From NCBI GenBank assembly GCA_041686005.1, contig JAWLER010000002.1:59837-123836 (forward strand): a stretch of 64,000 nt of DNA. Direction: 5' to 3'. Below the pieces are notes generated by a model. It was not told the DNA's origin, ran no database searches, and saw nothing but the letters and a program-made list of their open reading frames with translations. Origin of the DNA: Anaerolineales bacterium. Lineage in GTDB: Bacteria; Chloroflexota; Anaerolineae; Anaerolineales; UBA11858. The position numbers and the translations under genes were made by a program. Of the stretch, positions 19,864-29,030 are shown piece by piece. Every line of letters begins with the position of its first letter. Positions within the stretch are counted from its first letter, which is position 1.

Positions 19864-20892
19864 ATGAAGCGGTGGAAGTTTTGGCTCGGTGTGCTCCTCA
19901 GCGGGGTGTTTTTATACTTCGCTTTGCGAGGGTTGAGGCTGGGGGAAGTCCTGGTGCCCCTGAAAGAGGCCGATTATTGGTGGATTTTACCTGGGGTTGT
20001 GGTGTATTTCATCGGTGTTTGGGTCCGGTCCTGGCGGTGGCATTACCTGCTTCGTCCGGTGAAAGCGATCTCCACGCCGAACATGTTCCCCATCGTAGCC
20101 ATTGGGTATATGGGAAATAACATTTACCCGGCCCGGGCCGGAGAAGTGCTCCGCGCTGTCGTCCTCAAACGCCGTCATGAAGTGCCTATTTCCGCTTCTC
20201 TAGCGACCATCATCGTGGAACGTGTTTTCGATGGCGTGGTCATGCTGGCTTTCGTCTTTCTGAATTTACCTGAGTTGGCGAACCTGACGTCTTCCTCTGG
20301 TTTCATCGGGAACATACAGACCTTGGCCCTGTGGGGCTCGGGGGCGTTTTTAGGTGCGCTAGCCGTTTTTTTGTCAGCGGCGATGTTTCCTGGCGTGGCA
20401 GAAAAGGTCCTCACTTGGTTGGTGGAGCGACTGCTCCCGGATAAATACCAGGAGAAGGTATTGGGAGTCGTCCTGCGTTTCCTGCAGGGCCTGGAGTCCC
20501 TGCGTTCCCCCCAGGAGGCTTTGATGGTTTTTGTCACCTCCGTCGTGATCTGGTTGTTGGAGACGGGGAAATATTGGTTTGTGATGCATGCCTTTACATT
20601 TGAGGTCAGTTTTTTTGCTTTGATGTTGATGAACGGCATCGTCAACCTGGCCACTACCATCCCCTCCGCCCCCGGCTATGTGGGCACATTTGACGCCCCC
20701 GGCATCGCTGTCCTCGTCGCTTACGGGGTTGCCCGTGGGGTCGCTGCGGGGTATACCCTGGTTCTCCACGTCGCCCTCTGGTTTCCCATCACCGCCCTGG
20801 GGGCTTACTACATGATCAAGGAGGGCATCCGCTGGCGGGAAGGGAAGGTGGAGGTCCTGGAAGAGGACCGGGAATACGAAGTGGATGGCTGA
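19864..20892 (+). CDS. Lysylphosphatidylglycerol synthase TM / flippase-like protein
   Basis: RSWRWHYLL, NNIYPARAGEVLR, VERVFD, PSAPGYVG. Confidence 0.85.
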   Translation: MKRWKFWLGVLLSGVFLYFALRGLRLGEVLVPLKEADYWWILPGVVVYFIGVWVRSWRWHYLLRPVKAISTPNMFPIVAIGYMGNNIYPARAGEVLRAVVLKRRHEVPISASLATIIVERVFDGVVMLAFVFLNLPELANLTSSSGFIGNIQTLALWGSGAFLGALAVFLSAAMFPGVAEKVLTWLVERLLPDKYQEKVLGVVLRFLQGLESLRSPQEALMVFVTSVVIWLLETGKYWFVMHAFTFEVSFFALMLMNGIVNLATTIPSAPGYVGTFDAPGIAVLVAYGVARGVAAGYTLVLHVALWFPITALGAYYMIKEGIRWREGKVEVLEEDREYEVDG

Positions 20893-20962
20893 ATTTACCG
20901 TTATAATTAACAAACAGAGGCCGAATGCATGAGAGTGACATTGGGCAAAGAGAGGTGTGTGA

Positions 20963-21619
20963 ATGAGTCCCTCTGAAAAAGAAGATGCCAAATACCGGGT
21001 GCTGATTGCGGATGATGTCCTGGAAACACGCCGCAACACCCGCTTGATGCTGGCCGATAATCCCATGGTGGATATCGTGGCCATTGCCCACAACGGCAAA
21101 GAAGCGATTGAATTAGCGAAAAAACATCAGCCGGATATCGCCCTTCTCGACATCAATATGCCCCAAATGACGGGGTTTGAAGCCTTCGAAGAGATGCATA
21201 AGATCTTTCCCACCATGGCCTGCATCATCATCTCGGCGGAGGACGACAACCGCTCCTTCCGCTCGGCGATGAACGTTGGGGCGCGAGAATATTTGGTGAA
21301 ACCTTATACGGTTTATGAGCTTAACAACGCGGTGAAGCGGGTGGGGGATATCGTGAAAAGCGAACGGAAAAAAGCGGAAGTCGCCGCGCGCCTTCGCCGC
21401 CAGCGAGAATCGTATCTGAAACAATTGGCCCGGGAGTACTCCAGAACCCGCCGGACTGATGATGAGGCGCTGGAAGTCTTCGAGCAGTTGGCGGCCAACC
21501 CCAAATGTGAGGTGCGGTGGCTGCGGACTCTGGCCATGCTGTACATCATCCGCAGGAAATGGCGCAGGTTGGAAGTCTTAGCGGGGCGGCTGGCGCGGCA
21601 AGATCGCAAGAAGGGATAG
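20963..21619 (+). CDS. Response regulator with helical C-terminal domain
   Basis: VLIADD, LLDINMPQMTG, YLVKP receiver motifs. Confidence 0.85.
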   Translation: MSPSEKEDAKYRVLIADDVLETRRNTRLMLADNPMVDIVAIAHNGKEAIELAKKHQPDIALLDINMPQMTGFEAFEEMHKIFPTMACIIISAEDDNRSFRSAMNVGAREYLVKPYTVYELNNAVKRVGDIVKSERKKAEVAARLRRQRESYLKQLAREYSRTRRTDDEALEVFEQLAANPKCEVRWLRTLAMLYIIRRKWRRLEVLAGRLARQDRKKG

Positions 21620-21640
21620 AACTCACGAAAGGGTTAGTAG

Positions 21641-22918
21641 ATGAAAATTGCTGTTATTGGCGCGGGTTACGCCGGCATGGCAGCCGCGTATGATCTCATT
21701 CGTGCAGGTCATGAGGTGATCCTATATGAGGCGGGGGAGAAAACAGGTGGGTTGGCTCAGGGTTTCAAAGAACCCGGGTGGGACTGGTCGGTGGAAGCTT
21801 ATTATCACCACTGGTTTGCTTCGGACGAGCATGTCTTAGGGTTGATTCAAGAACTGGGCTTGGACGACAAAGTCCGCTTTCCGCGCCCCTATACCGTCCT
21901 CCATCACAAAGGGGATTGGTATCCCTTTGACTCCATCTTTCAGGCCCTGAAATTCCCCGGATTAGGGTGGGGTATTGACAAGATCCGCTTTGGATTGGTG
22001 GGACTGTATTTGCGGTTGACGAAAAACTGGCGCCCTTTGGAGAAAACCACGGTGGACGCCTGGATGCGGAAGTGGGCCGGCGACCGCGTGTACGAGACGA
22101 TGTGGGAGCCGATGTTGAAGGGCAAGTTCGGCCCTCATTATTTAGATGTCAACATGGCCTGGATGTGGGCCAGGATCCACGCCCGCACCTCCCGGTTGGG
22201 GACTTTTGAAGGCGGGTTCCAGGCTTTCGCCGATCAGTTTGCGGACATCCTCAAGGAACTGGGCGTGATTCTCTATCTCTCCACCCCGGTAACCCATATC
22301 TCTCAGGACCTCGCTGTGAAATCTAAATTAGGGAGAGAGAAGTTTGACCGGGTGCTGGTCACCACTTCTCCCCAGTTGTTGAGTAAGATGGTTCCCGCCC
22401 TCCCGGATCACTATCATCAAGGGTTATTGCAGCTCAAGAGCATGGGGGCCATGGTGCTTACCCTGTCTTTGAAACGCCAGCTTTCCCCCCAGGGGTTTTA
22501 CTGGTACAACATCCCCAAAGAGAAAGGGTTTCCTTTCTTGGCCGTTGTTGAACACACCAATTTCCTCTCTCCGTCCTATTTCGGGGGAGATCATATCGTG
22601 TATTGTGGGGATTACCTGGTGCCGGAACATGACTATTTCGATTTGTCCGAGGAGGAGATTTTATCCATCTACCTGCCGGGCTTGGTGCGGATCAATCCGG
22701 ATTTCAACAGCACCTGGGTGAAGGGATCCTGGTTGAACCGCACAAAATACGCCCAACCCGTGCCCGAATTAAATCACTCCCAGAACATTCCGGATATCCC
22801 CACACCCCTCCCCGGGTTGTATTTTGCCAGCATGAGCCAGGTGTACCCCTGGGACCGGGGCACGAATTTCGCTGTGGAAATTGGGCGCCAGGCGGCGGAT
22901 TTGATTTTATCTTCGTGA
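21641..22918 (+). CDS. FAD-dependent oxidoreductase (amine oxidase/protoporphyrinogen oxidase-like)
   Basis: IGAGYAGMAAA, YYHHWF, YPWDRG. Confidence 0.8.
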   Translation: MKIAVIGAGYAGMAAAYDLIRAGHEVILYEAGEKTGGLAQGFKEPGWDWSVEAYYHHWFASDEHVLGLIQELGLDDKVRFPRPYTVLHHKGDWYPFDSIFQALKFPGLGWGIDKIRFGLVGLYLRLTKNWRPLEKTTVDAWMRKWAGDRVYETMWEPMLKGKFGPHYLDVNMAWMWARIHARTSRLGTFEGGFQAFADQFADILKELGVILYLSTPVTHISQDLAVKSKLGREKFDRVLVTTSPQLLSKMVPALPDHYHQGLLQLKSMGAMVLTLSLKRQLSPQGFYWYNIPKEKGFPFLAVVEHTNFLSPSYFGGDHIVYCGDYLVPEHDYFDLSEEEILSIYLPGLVRINPDFNSTWVKGSWLNRTKYAQPVPELNHSQNIPDIPTPLPGLYFASMSQVYPWDRGTNFAVEIGRQAADLILSS

Positions 22919-22984
22919 CATCGGACAGAGAAAAATGTTACGCTGTTGGCACCAAGGGAATGCTTGGTGCTTTTCTGTTGAGGG

Positions 22985-24784
22985 ATGAATATGGATGATC
23001 AAAAACACCCTTTATTAAGATTGTGGGTTTACGCCCACGGCTACCGGCGGCGGATCGTTTTCGCCTCCCTGGGTTCGATTCTGAATAAAACATTTGATTT
23101 AGCCCCTCCGGCATTGATAGGCGCTGCTGTGGACGTTGTGGTCCAGCAGGAGGATTCCCTGATCGCCCGGCTGGGGTTTCCGGATACGCGGACCCAGCTG
23201 CTGGTCCTGGCGGGACTGACGCTCGTAGTTTGGGTCCTGGAGTCCCTTTTTCAGTATTTCTACGCTGTATTATGGCGAAATTTGGCGCAAACACTGCAGC
23301 ATGAACTGCGGGTCGACGCCTACAAGCATGTGCAGTCCTTGGATTTGACCTATTTTGAGGACCGGAGCACAGGGGGGTTGATGTCCGTGCTCAATGATGA
23401 CATCAACCAATTGGAACGCTTTCTGGATATTGGGGCCAATCAAATTCTGCAGGTGTTGACCACCGTGCTCGTCATCGGGGGCATCTTTTTCTACCTTGCA
23501 CCCTCGGTCGCCTGGATGGCGGTCCTACCCATGCCCTTGATTATCTGGGGTTCTGTTCGTTTCCAACATCTGCTGGCGCCGCGGTACGCCAAGGTGCGGG
23601 AGATGGTGGGGTTGTTGAACGGCCAGCTTTCCAATAACCTCAGCGGGATAGCCACCATTAAAAGTTACACCGCGGAAGATTACGAATTGGAGCGCATCGA
23701 AAACGAAAGCGACCGCTATCGTGAAAGCAACCGCAATGCGATCCGACTCAGCTCTGCTTTTGTGCCTTTGATCCGCATGGTGATTGTGACCGGCTTCATC
23801 GCCATCATGATCTTTGGCGGTTACCTGGCTCTGGAGGGTGAGCTTGAAGTGGGAGCGTATTCCGTGTTGGTTTTCATCACCCAACGGCTGCTTTGGCCTC
23901 TGACCCGGTTGGGAGAAACGCTGGATCTTTATCAACGGGCGATGGCTTCCATCGACCGCATTTTCAACCTTTTGGATACGGAGCAGCACATCGAATCAGG
24001 CACACGACCTTTGCCGGTGAGTGAGGTGGAGGGGAACATCGAATTTCATGATGTCTCTTTTGAATATGAGGATGGGGAGGGCCAGTCCGTCCTCCATGAT
24101 CTCTCGTTGACCATTCATGAGGGGGAGACGGTGGGGATTGTGGGGCCCACGGGTGCCGGGAAAAGCACATTGGTCAAACTGCTGTTGCGGTTTTATGATG
24201 TCCAGAGGGGGCGGATTACCCTGGACGGTCACGATTTGCGGTGTTTCCAGCTTGAGGACTTGCGCAAAGCCATCGGTTTTGTCAGCCAGGACGTGTTTTT
24301 ATTCCGGGGCACGGTTCGTGAGAACATCATTTACGGCTCATTTGATGCTTCCCAGGAGGAGGTGTTAAGGGCTGCGAAAATCGCCGAAGCCCATGATTTT
24401 ATCACCGGTTTGCCTGAGGGATATGAGACCATGGTGGGGGAACGGGGGCAGAAGTTATCTGGCGGTCAACGCCAAAGGATTTCTTTGGCCCGGGCGATAC
24501 TTAAAGACCCGCCCATCCTGATTCTGGACGAAGCCACCTCTTCGGTGGACAACGAAACAGAGGCTATGATTCAGCGCTCTCTGAATCGGATCACACAGGG
24601 GCGGACGACGTTGGTGATCGCCCACCGCCTGTCCACGGTGGTCAATACGGACCGGATTTTCGTATTGGATAAAGGGAGATTGTGCGAGCAAGGGAAGCAC
24701 GCCGCCCTGCTGGAAAATGAGGGGGTGTATGCGGGGTTGTGGGCCGTGCAAACCGGTGTTGTGCAGGGTGTGGGAGGGATGTAG
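22985..24784 (+). CDS. ABC exporter, fused permease/ATPase
   Basis: TM domain, [26 protein letters not shown]. Confidence 0.9.
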   Translation: MNMDDQKHPLLRLWVYAHGYRRRIVFASLGSILNKTFDLAPPALIGAAVDVVVQQEDSLIARLGFPDTRTQLLVLAGLTLVVWVLESLFQYFYAVLWRNLAQTLQHELRVDAYKHVQSLDLTYFEDRSTGGLMSVLNDDINQLERFLDIGANQILQVLTTVLVIGGIFFYLAPSVAWMAVLPMPLIIWGSVRFQHLLAPRYAKVREMVGLLNGQLSNNLSGIATIKSYTAEDYELERIENESDRYRESNRNAIRLSSAFVPLIRMVIVTGFIAIMIFGGYLALEGELEVGAYSVLVFITQRLLWPLTRLGETLDLYQRAMASIDRIFNLLDTEQHIESGTRPLPVSEVEGNIEFHDVSFEYEDGEGQSVLHDLSLTIHEGETVGIVGPTGAGKSTLVKLLLRFYDVQRGRITLDGHDLRCFQLEDLRKAIGFVSQDVFLFRGTVRENIIYGSFDASQEEVLRAAKIAEAHDFITGLPEGYETMVGERGQKLSGGQRQRISLARAILKDPPILILDEATSSVDNETEAMIQRSLNRITQGRTTLVIAHRLSTVVNTDRIFVLDKGRLCEQGKHAALLENEGVYAGLWAVQTGVVQGVGGM

Positions 24785-24978
24785 GGGGTCATTTCCTGAA
24801 AAGGGTGATGAATGTCTCTACTTTCAAGAAGATTACCACTATCAAAGACCCCGGTTTCTTATTAAATTTAGTAATACTGTAGCACAAACCCGCACTCTTT
24901 GATCATCCAGGGATCCCCACGCCAAGGGGGAGAAACAGAGGAAATGATATCCGCATTCCATGATCGGACGAGGAATGA

Positions 24979-25464
24979 ATGGTTGCACTGTTTGTGGATC
25001 ACTTGTCGCTTATTGAAGACTTATCGGAGGAACAAATCAACCTCCTGCGGCCTTTGTTTAAGGAGGTCCAGTTCGAAGCCGGTGAGGTGATTTTCTCTCA
25101 GGGAGAAGATGCTAATTACATTTATTTTGTCGTCGAAGGCGAGGTGGCTATTCGGTTTAAACCCGATGATGGACCCCTTCTCACGGTGTCCTTGCTCGAA
25201 CATGGGGATGTCTTTGGCTGGTCTGCTGCGATCGGAAGCCGGGCATACACCTCCGGCGCTGTCTGTGCGAAAAAGGGGACCTTCTTACGTTTAGAGGGAA
25301 AAGACTTAAAGAATTTATGTGATAAGTATCCCGATACGGGTATACTTATCTTAGACAGATTGGCGGGTGTCATCGCACAAAGATTGCGGGGGACCCATGA
25401 ACAAGTGATGGCTTTGCTCCGCAATGGCCTTAATGATGAACGGGAGGTTTGTGATGATGACTGA
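24979..25464 (+). CDS. Stand-alone cyclic-nucleotide-binding domain protein
   Basis: GEVIFSQGE..YFVVEGEV..GDVFGWSA; no C-terminal HTH. Confidence 0.8.
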   Translation: MVALFVDHLSLIEDLSEEQINLLRPLFKEVQFEAGEVIFSQGEDANYIYFVVEGEVAIRFKPDDGPLLTVSLLEHGDVFGWSAAIGSRAYTSGAVCAKKGTFLRLEGKDLKNLCDKYPDTGILILDRLAGVIAQRLRGTHEQVMALLRNGLNDEREVCDDD

Positions 25465-25705
25465 AAATAAAAAAGAATACAGCCGGGAAGAACGCATGGA
25501 GATCTTGATCTCCAATATCAGCGCCTACATCGAGCAATATCATGGAGGGTCTGCGGAACTGGTTTCTTTTGAAGATGATGTCGTCAAGATCAGACTGGGG
25601 GGAGCTTGCACGGGCTGTCCGCTTTCAACCTACACGCTCAAGGGGTGGGTGGAGGGCACGATCCACCAATTTTTCCCGGAGGTGGAAGTCGTACCGGCTG
25701 ATTGA
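25454..25705 (+). CDS. NifU/Nfu C-terminal domain protein
   Basis: HGGSAELV..GACTGCPLS..TLK; GGAGG RBS. Confidence 0.85.
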   Translation: MMTENKKEYSREERMEILISNISAYIEQYHGGSAELVSFEDDVVKIRLGGACTGCPLSTYTLKGWVEGTIHQFFPEVEVVPAD

Positions 25706-25822
25706 TGAGCTTCTTTTTTGGACAGTGAGGGGGAGAGATGGGAGATGGTAAGGATAGGATAAAGCGGGACGTGTTTTTTACGTCCCGGATTGCATTTAAA
25801 AGGGCCGAGTGAGGGATATGAG

Positions 25823-26614
25823 CTAAAGGTTCAACGTCTTGTCCATCATCTCCGCTACCGCCTGGTACACGGGGGAGTCAAGGCTCAACTCAATGATGGG
25901 TTTTCCACTGAATTCGAATGTCGTCAGGGTGTCGTCGGCGGGGACAACGCCGAGGAAGGGGATCCCGATGTCATCGATGCGCTCCTGTAAAGCAGGAGGT
26001 ATTTCCCCGGGCAAGCGGTTAAGAATCAGATATGTGTTTTCGATATGGATCTCAAGTTCATCTTTGAGTTTTGCGATGCGTTCTGCCGCGATGATGCCCC
26101 GTTGGGTGGGATCGCTGACTACAAACAGGTATTCCACGTCGTTCGTGGTTCGACGGCTGAGGTGCTCCATCCCAGCCTCATTGTCAACGACCACGTATTT
26201 GTAATTTTCACTCAGGGTATCCATGATTTGCCGTAAATTATGGTTCACACCACAGTAACAGCCGGGTCCTTCGGAGCGACCCATGGCGATGAGGTCAAAA
26301 CGCTCGCTTTCCACGAGAGCGGAGTAAATTTCGTAGTTCAAGTAATCGTGTTTGGACATGCCCCCCGCTACGGATCCTACGGCTGCTCCTCCCACAGCGA
26401 CCGATTCCTTGATCTTCTTCAAAAGGTCTTCCCGAATCCCTCCCACCGTCCAACCCAATTCTAACCCCAAGACCATGTGCAGGTTCGCGCTGGGATCGGC
26501 GTCAATGGCGAGGATGGCGTCTTCCTGGTTTAAGGTCAAGTATTTGATGACCATGGCAGCAACCGTGGTTTTCCCTGTTCCCCCTTTGCCGGCTAAAGCG
26601 ATTGTCGTCGTCAT
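25823..26614 (-). CDS. cooC: CooC/AcsF-type nickel-insertion ATPase
   Basis: GKGGTGKTT, IDADP, GPGCYC, DNEAGMEHLSR. Confidence 0.85.
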   Translation of the reverse strand: MTTTIALAGKGGTGKTTVAAMVIKYLTLNQEDAILAIDADPSANLHMVLGLELGWTVGGIREDLLKKIKESVAVGGAAVGSVAGGMSKHDYLNYEIYSALVESERFDLIAMGRSEGPGCYCGVNHNLRQIMDTLSENYKYVVVDNEAGMEHLSRRTTNDVEYLFVVSDPTQRGIIAAERIAKLKDELEIHIENTYLILNRLPGEIPPALQERIDDIGIPFLGVVPADDTLTTFEFSGKPIIELSLDSPVYQAVAEMMDKTLNL

Positions 26615-26658
26615 TTTGAGACAAACTCCTCAACAAGTAAGTGTGGGTCGCGATTTAA

Positions 26659-27444
26659 TTATAATTCCTCGGGGTAGGGTTCTTCTAACTTTTTCGCCAT
26701 CTCCTGGGATGCTTCCCGGAGGGATGGTACGTGATCATAGACGGGCACCCCCAGGCGATCCGCATCCAGCACACCCAGGTCCATGGGCAATGTGCCCAGC
26801 AGCGGCAGTCCGGGAGATTCGGATTTCAGAAAGGCGATCTCCTCATCTTCCCTGATCTTGTTGCCCACCAGCCACAGGCGCGACAAGCCGATGTCATGGG
26901 CTAATTTCTTGATCTGGCGGGCGGTGCCCAAGCTGCGGTGAGTGGGTTCGATGACGATCACCATGGCGTCCACGAAATCCACGGTCGCCCTCCCCAGATG
27001 TTCCACGCCGGCGTACATGTCCAAGATCAAGACATCGTCATCTCGAAAGAGGAGGTGTGTGAAAAGGGTGTGGAGCATGGCGCTCTCCGGGCAGATGCAG
27101 CCCGACCCCCCCAGATCCAGGCCGCCCAGTTCCAGAAGACGGACCCCGCGGTGTTTAAGGCTGAAGCGCTGGGGGAGGTCGTCCACCCGGGGATTGAGGG
27201 TGAAAAATCCGCCGGAAGAGCCTGGTTTAGCGCCGGTGCGCTCTTCAATCAAGGTGTCCATCTCGGCGATGGGGCGAAGTTGCTGGCGGAGTTCCTTTGG
27301 GAAACCAAGCGCACCTGCCAGGCAAGGGGCGGGGTCCGCGTCTGCGACCAATACCTCCCGCCCTTGGTCAGCATACGTTTGGGCCAGGAGAGCAGCGAGG
27401 GTTGTTTTCCCAACACCCCCTTTTCCGCTGATGGCAATTTTCAT
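26659..27444 (-). CDS. cooC: CooC-type nickel-insertion ATPase
   Basis: GKGGVGKTT, GSGCICPE, DMYAGVEHLGR. Confidence 0.85.
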   Translation of the reverse strand: MKIAISGKGGVGKTTLAALLAQTYADQGREVLVADADPAPCLAGALGFPKELRQQLRPIAEMDTLIEERTGAKPGSSGGFFTLNPRVDDLPQRFSLKHRGVRLLELGGLDLGGSGCICPESAMLHTLFTHLLFRDDDVLILDMYAGVEHLGRATVDFVDAMVIVIEPTHRSLGTARQIKKLAHDIGLSRLWLVGNKIREDEEIAFLKSESPGLPLLGTLPMDLGVLDADRLGVPVYDHVPSLREASQEMAKKLEEPYPEEL

Positions 27445-28127
27445 AACTCACGTCCTTGGGTTTGTTTGGTCTTTCCTTGGGCATTATCCGAGGTCAGATG
27501 TCCTTTTTCCCTTAATAATTTCGAGGCGATCATGCTGCCCAGGATGGCGCATCCATCGGTGGGGAGATGATATTTCACCGTGTCTTGAAATAAGATTTGA
27601 TAGGAAGGGGAGATATCCGCGTCCCCTTTCCAGCAGGCGATAAGCGCGGCCACCTGAGGCAGGATTTGAACCCGGTAAGCGATGGAGGCGAAGGGTGTTT
27701 CCTTTCCCCCGATGTTCCGGGCAGCCTGGTGAAAAGTGGCGTAATCCCGCTTGAAACCTTGGAGGATTTTCTTGGATGTGTACCCCTGAAAGGCGGAATT
27801 ATAAAATTGCCCGTCAGGTAGTTCTGAGAATGAGATCCAACCCTGGGACGCTCCGGAACTTTGGGAATCATGAAAGTAATACAAGATCATCGCTTGATCG
27901 ATGATCCGCAACGCCTCTCGGGTGGCTTGGCGGCGGGCCACATAATCCCGGGCGGGAAGGATCGCCGCTTCCTCCCAGTAGGAAAAGTGGAATTGTCCCC
28001 GACCGTCTTCTCCGGGTTGAAAGATGGTATTCGTTTGCAGGGCGAGCTGTTCAGGCTCTCTTGATTTCAACGCTGCACGGAGTTGATCCACTCTTTTTGT
28101 AAGGGGACTTTTCTGGCTGGACATCAC
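27441..28127 (-). CDS. DUF3786 domain protein
   Basis: WISFSELPDGQFYNSAF, W.GD..., ILFQD...LPTD pattern typical of the family; overlaps the cooC start. Confidence 0.7.
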   Translation of the reverse strand: MMSSQKSPLTKRVDQLRAALKSREPEQLALQTNTIFQPGEDGRGQFHFSYWEEAAILPARDYVARRQATREALRIIDQAMILYYFHDSQSSGASQGWISFSELPDGQFYNSAFQGYTSKKILQGFKRDYATFHQAARNIGGKETPFASIAYRVQILPQVAALIACWKGDADISPSYQILFQDTVKYHLPTDGCAILGSMIASKLLREKGHLTSDNAQGKTKQTQGREL

Positions 28128-28291
28128 TATCTACCGCCGATTGTCTACCTGTTTTTCACGCCATTTCTCGTCTTGCATGCCATCGATCGGCATTTCGTTT
28201 TTCCTCTTTTCGTGGAATACTATCTTACCACGGAGCGTCCCTTCTTAAAGCTCAATATGTGGTGTCATTTGTTACCTTCTGTGCATCCCTT

Positions 28292-28328
28292 AAAAAGAAA
28301 AACCTGGGCGATTCCATAATCGCCCAGG
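28292..28328 (-). terminator. Intrinsic terminator of the small membrane protein gene
   Basis: CCTGGGCGATT/AATCGCCCAGG 11-bp stem with an A-run on the left. Confidence 0.75.
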
Positions 28329-28357
28329 AAAAAGGGGAGAAAGAAGGTTGGTTGGGT

Positions 28358-28678
28358 TTATGTGCTGGCCTTCTTGAAAAGGGAGATCAAAGCCACCACC
28401 AGCATCGCACCGGAGACGAAGGCGACCACATACCCTAAGATGTTGGTGACGAGGGAGCCCACATAGGGCACCCCTTGAAATGCGCTTGCGGAGACGTTGA
28501 GGGCGATCGCTGCGATGAGGAAGCCCTTTGTCTCTGCTTCTGTGATGTTGAAGAAACCGACCACCAGGCCCAGGACAGCGAGAACCCAGGTTGTCCAGGC
28601 TGTCTGTAAAAACAACCCTGCCACGACGGCCAGGACCAGTCCTGCGATAAATAACCAGCGTCCGATCTGTTTGTTCAT
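28358..28678 (-). CDS. Small hydrophobic membrane protein (about 4 TM); its RBS is the IS110 insertion site
   Basis: MNKQIGRWLFIAGLVLAVVAG...; AGGAGG RBS at 28685-28690. Confidence 0.75.
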   Translation of the reverse strand: MNKQIGRWLFIAGLVLAVVAGLFLQTAWTTWVLAVLGLVVGFFNITEAETKGFLIAAIALNVSASAFQGVPYVGSLVTNILGYVVAFVSGAMLVVALISLFKKAST

Positions 28679-28704
28679 GAAGTTCCTCCTCGTATGATAT
28701 GTAG

Positions 28705-29020
28705 TAGATGGAGGTACCAACCTACCTCCGGTTGACAAAAAAGGGAACTCTGGCATCCTAGGGGTTGGCCCAGGGAGGGTAGCGCTTTTTCTCCTTGTTT
28801 CACTGCTCAAAGCTGAGCAAATTCTTCTAAAGCATGCGCCCCTCGCCCTGATGGGTACTTCTGACAACGCATCTTGTTCAAACCTTCGTTGGCCGGGAAC
28901 AGCAGGTCCGGGGCACTTACCAATGCAGGTGAAGTTCTGATTGACCGCGAGGCTGTTGATCTCATCAGGGGCCAGGGATTCCCACCTCCTATGGGCAGAC
29001 GGTGTAAGTTCTTAGTGAAA
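28705..29020 (+). ncRNA. Putative bridge RNA in the IS110 left end
   Basis: 5' hairpin GGAGGTA/TACCTCC; stem 28775-28785/28836-28844 enclosing TTTCTCCT and TAAAG, which match the target; second stem CCCTGATG/CATCAGGG enclosing donor-like CGCATC and GCGAG. Ends approximate. Confidence 0.7.
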
Positions 29021-29030
29021 GGAGGTTTTG

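Noticed and set aside
28732..28760. TTGACA inside the IS left end as the element boundary or a promoter
   Set aside because: No good -10 at 16-18 nt; the CT-core junction at 28689 explains both the circle promoter and the restored RBS.
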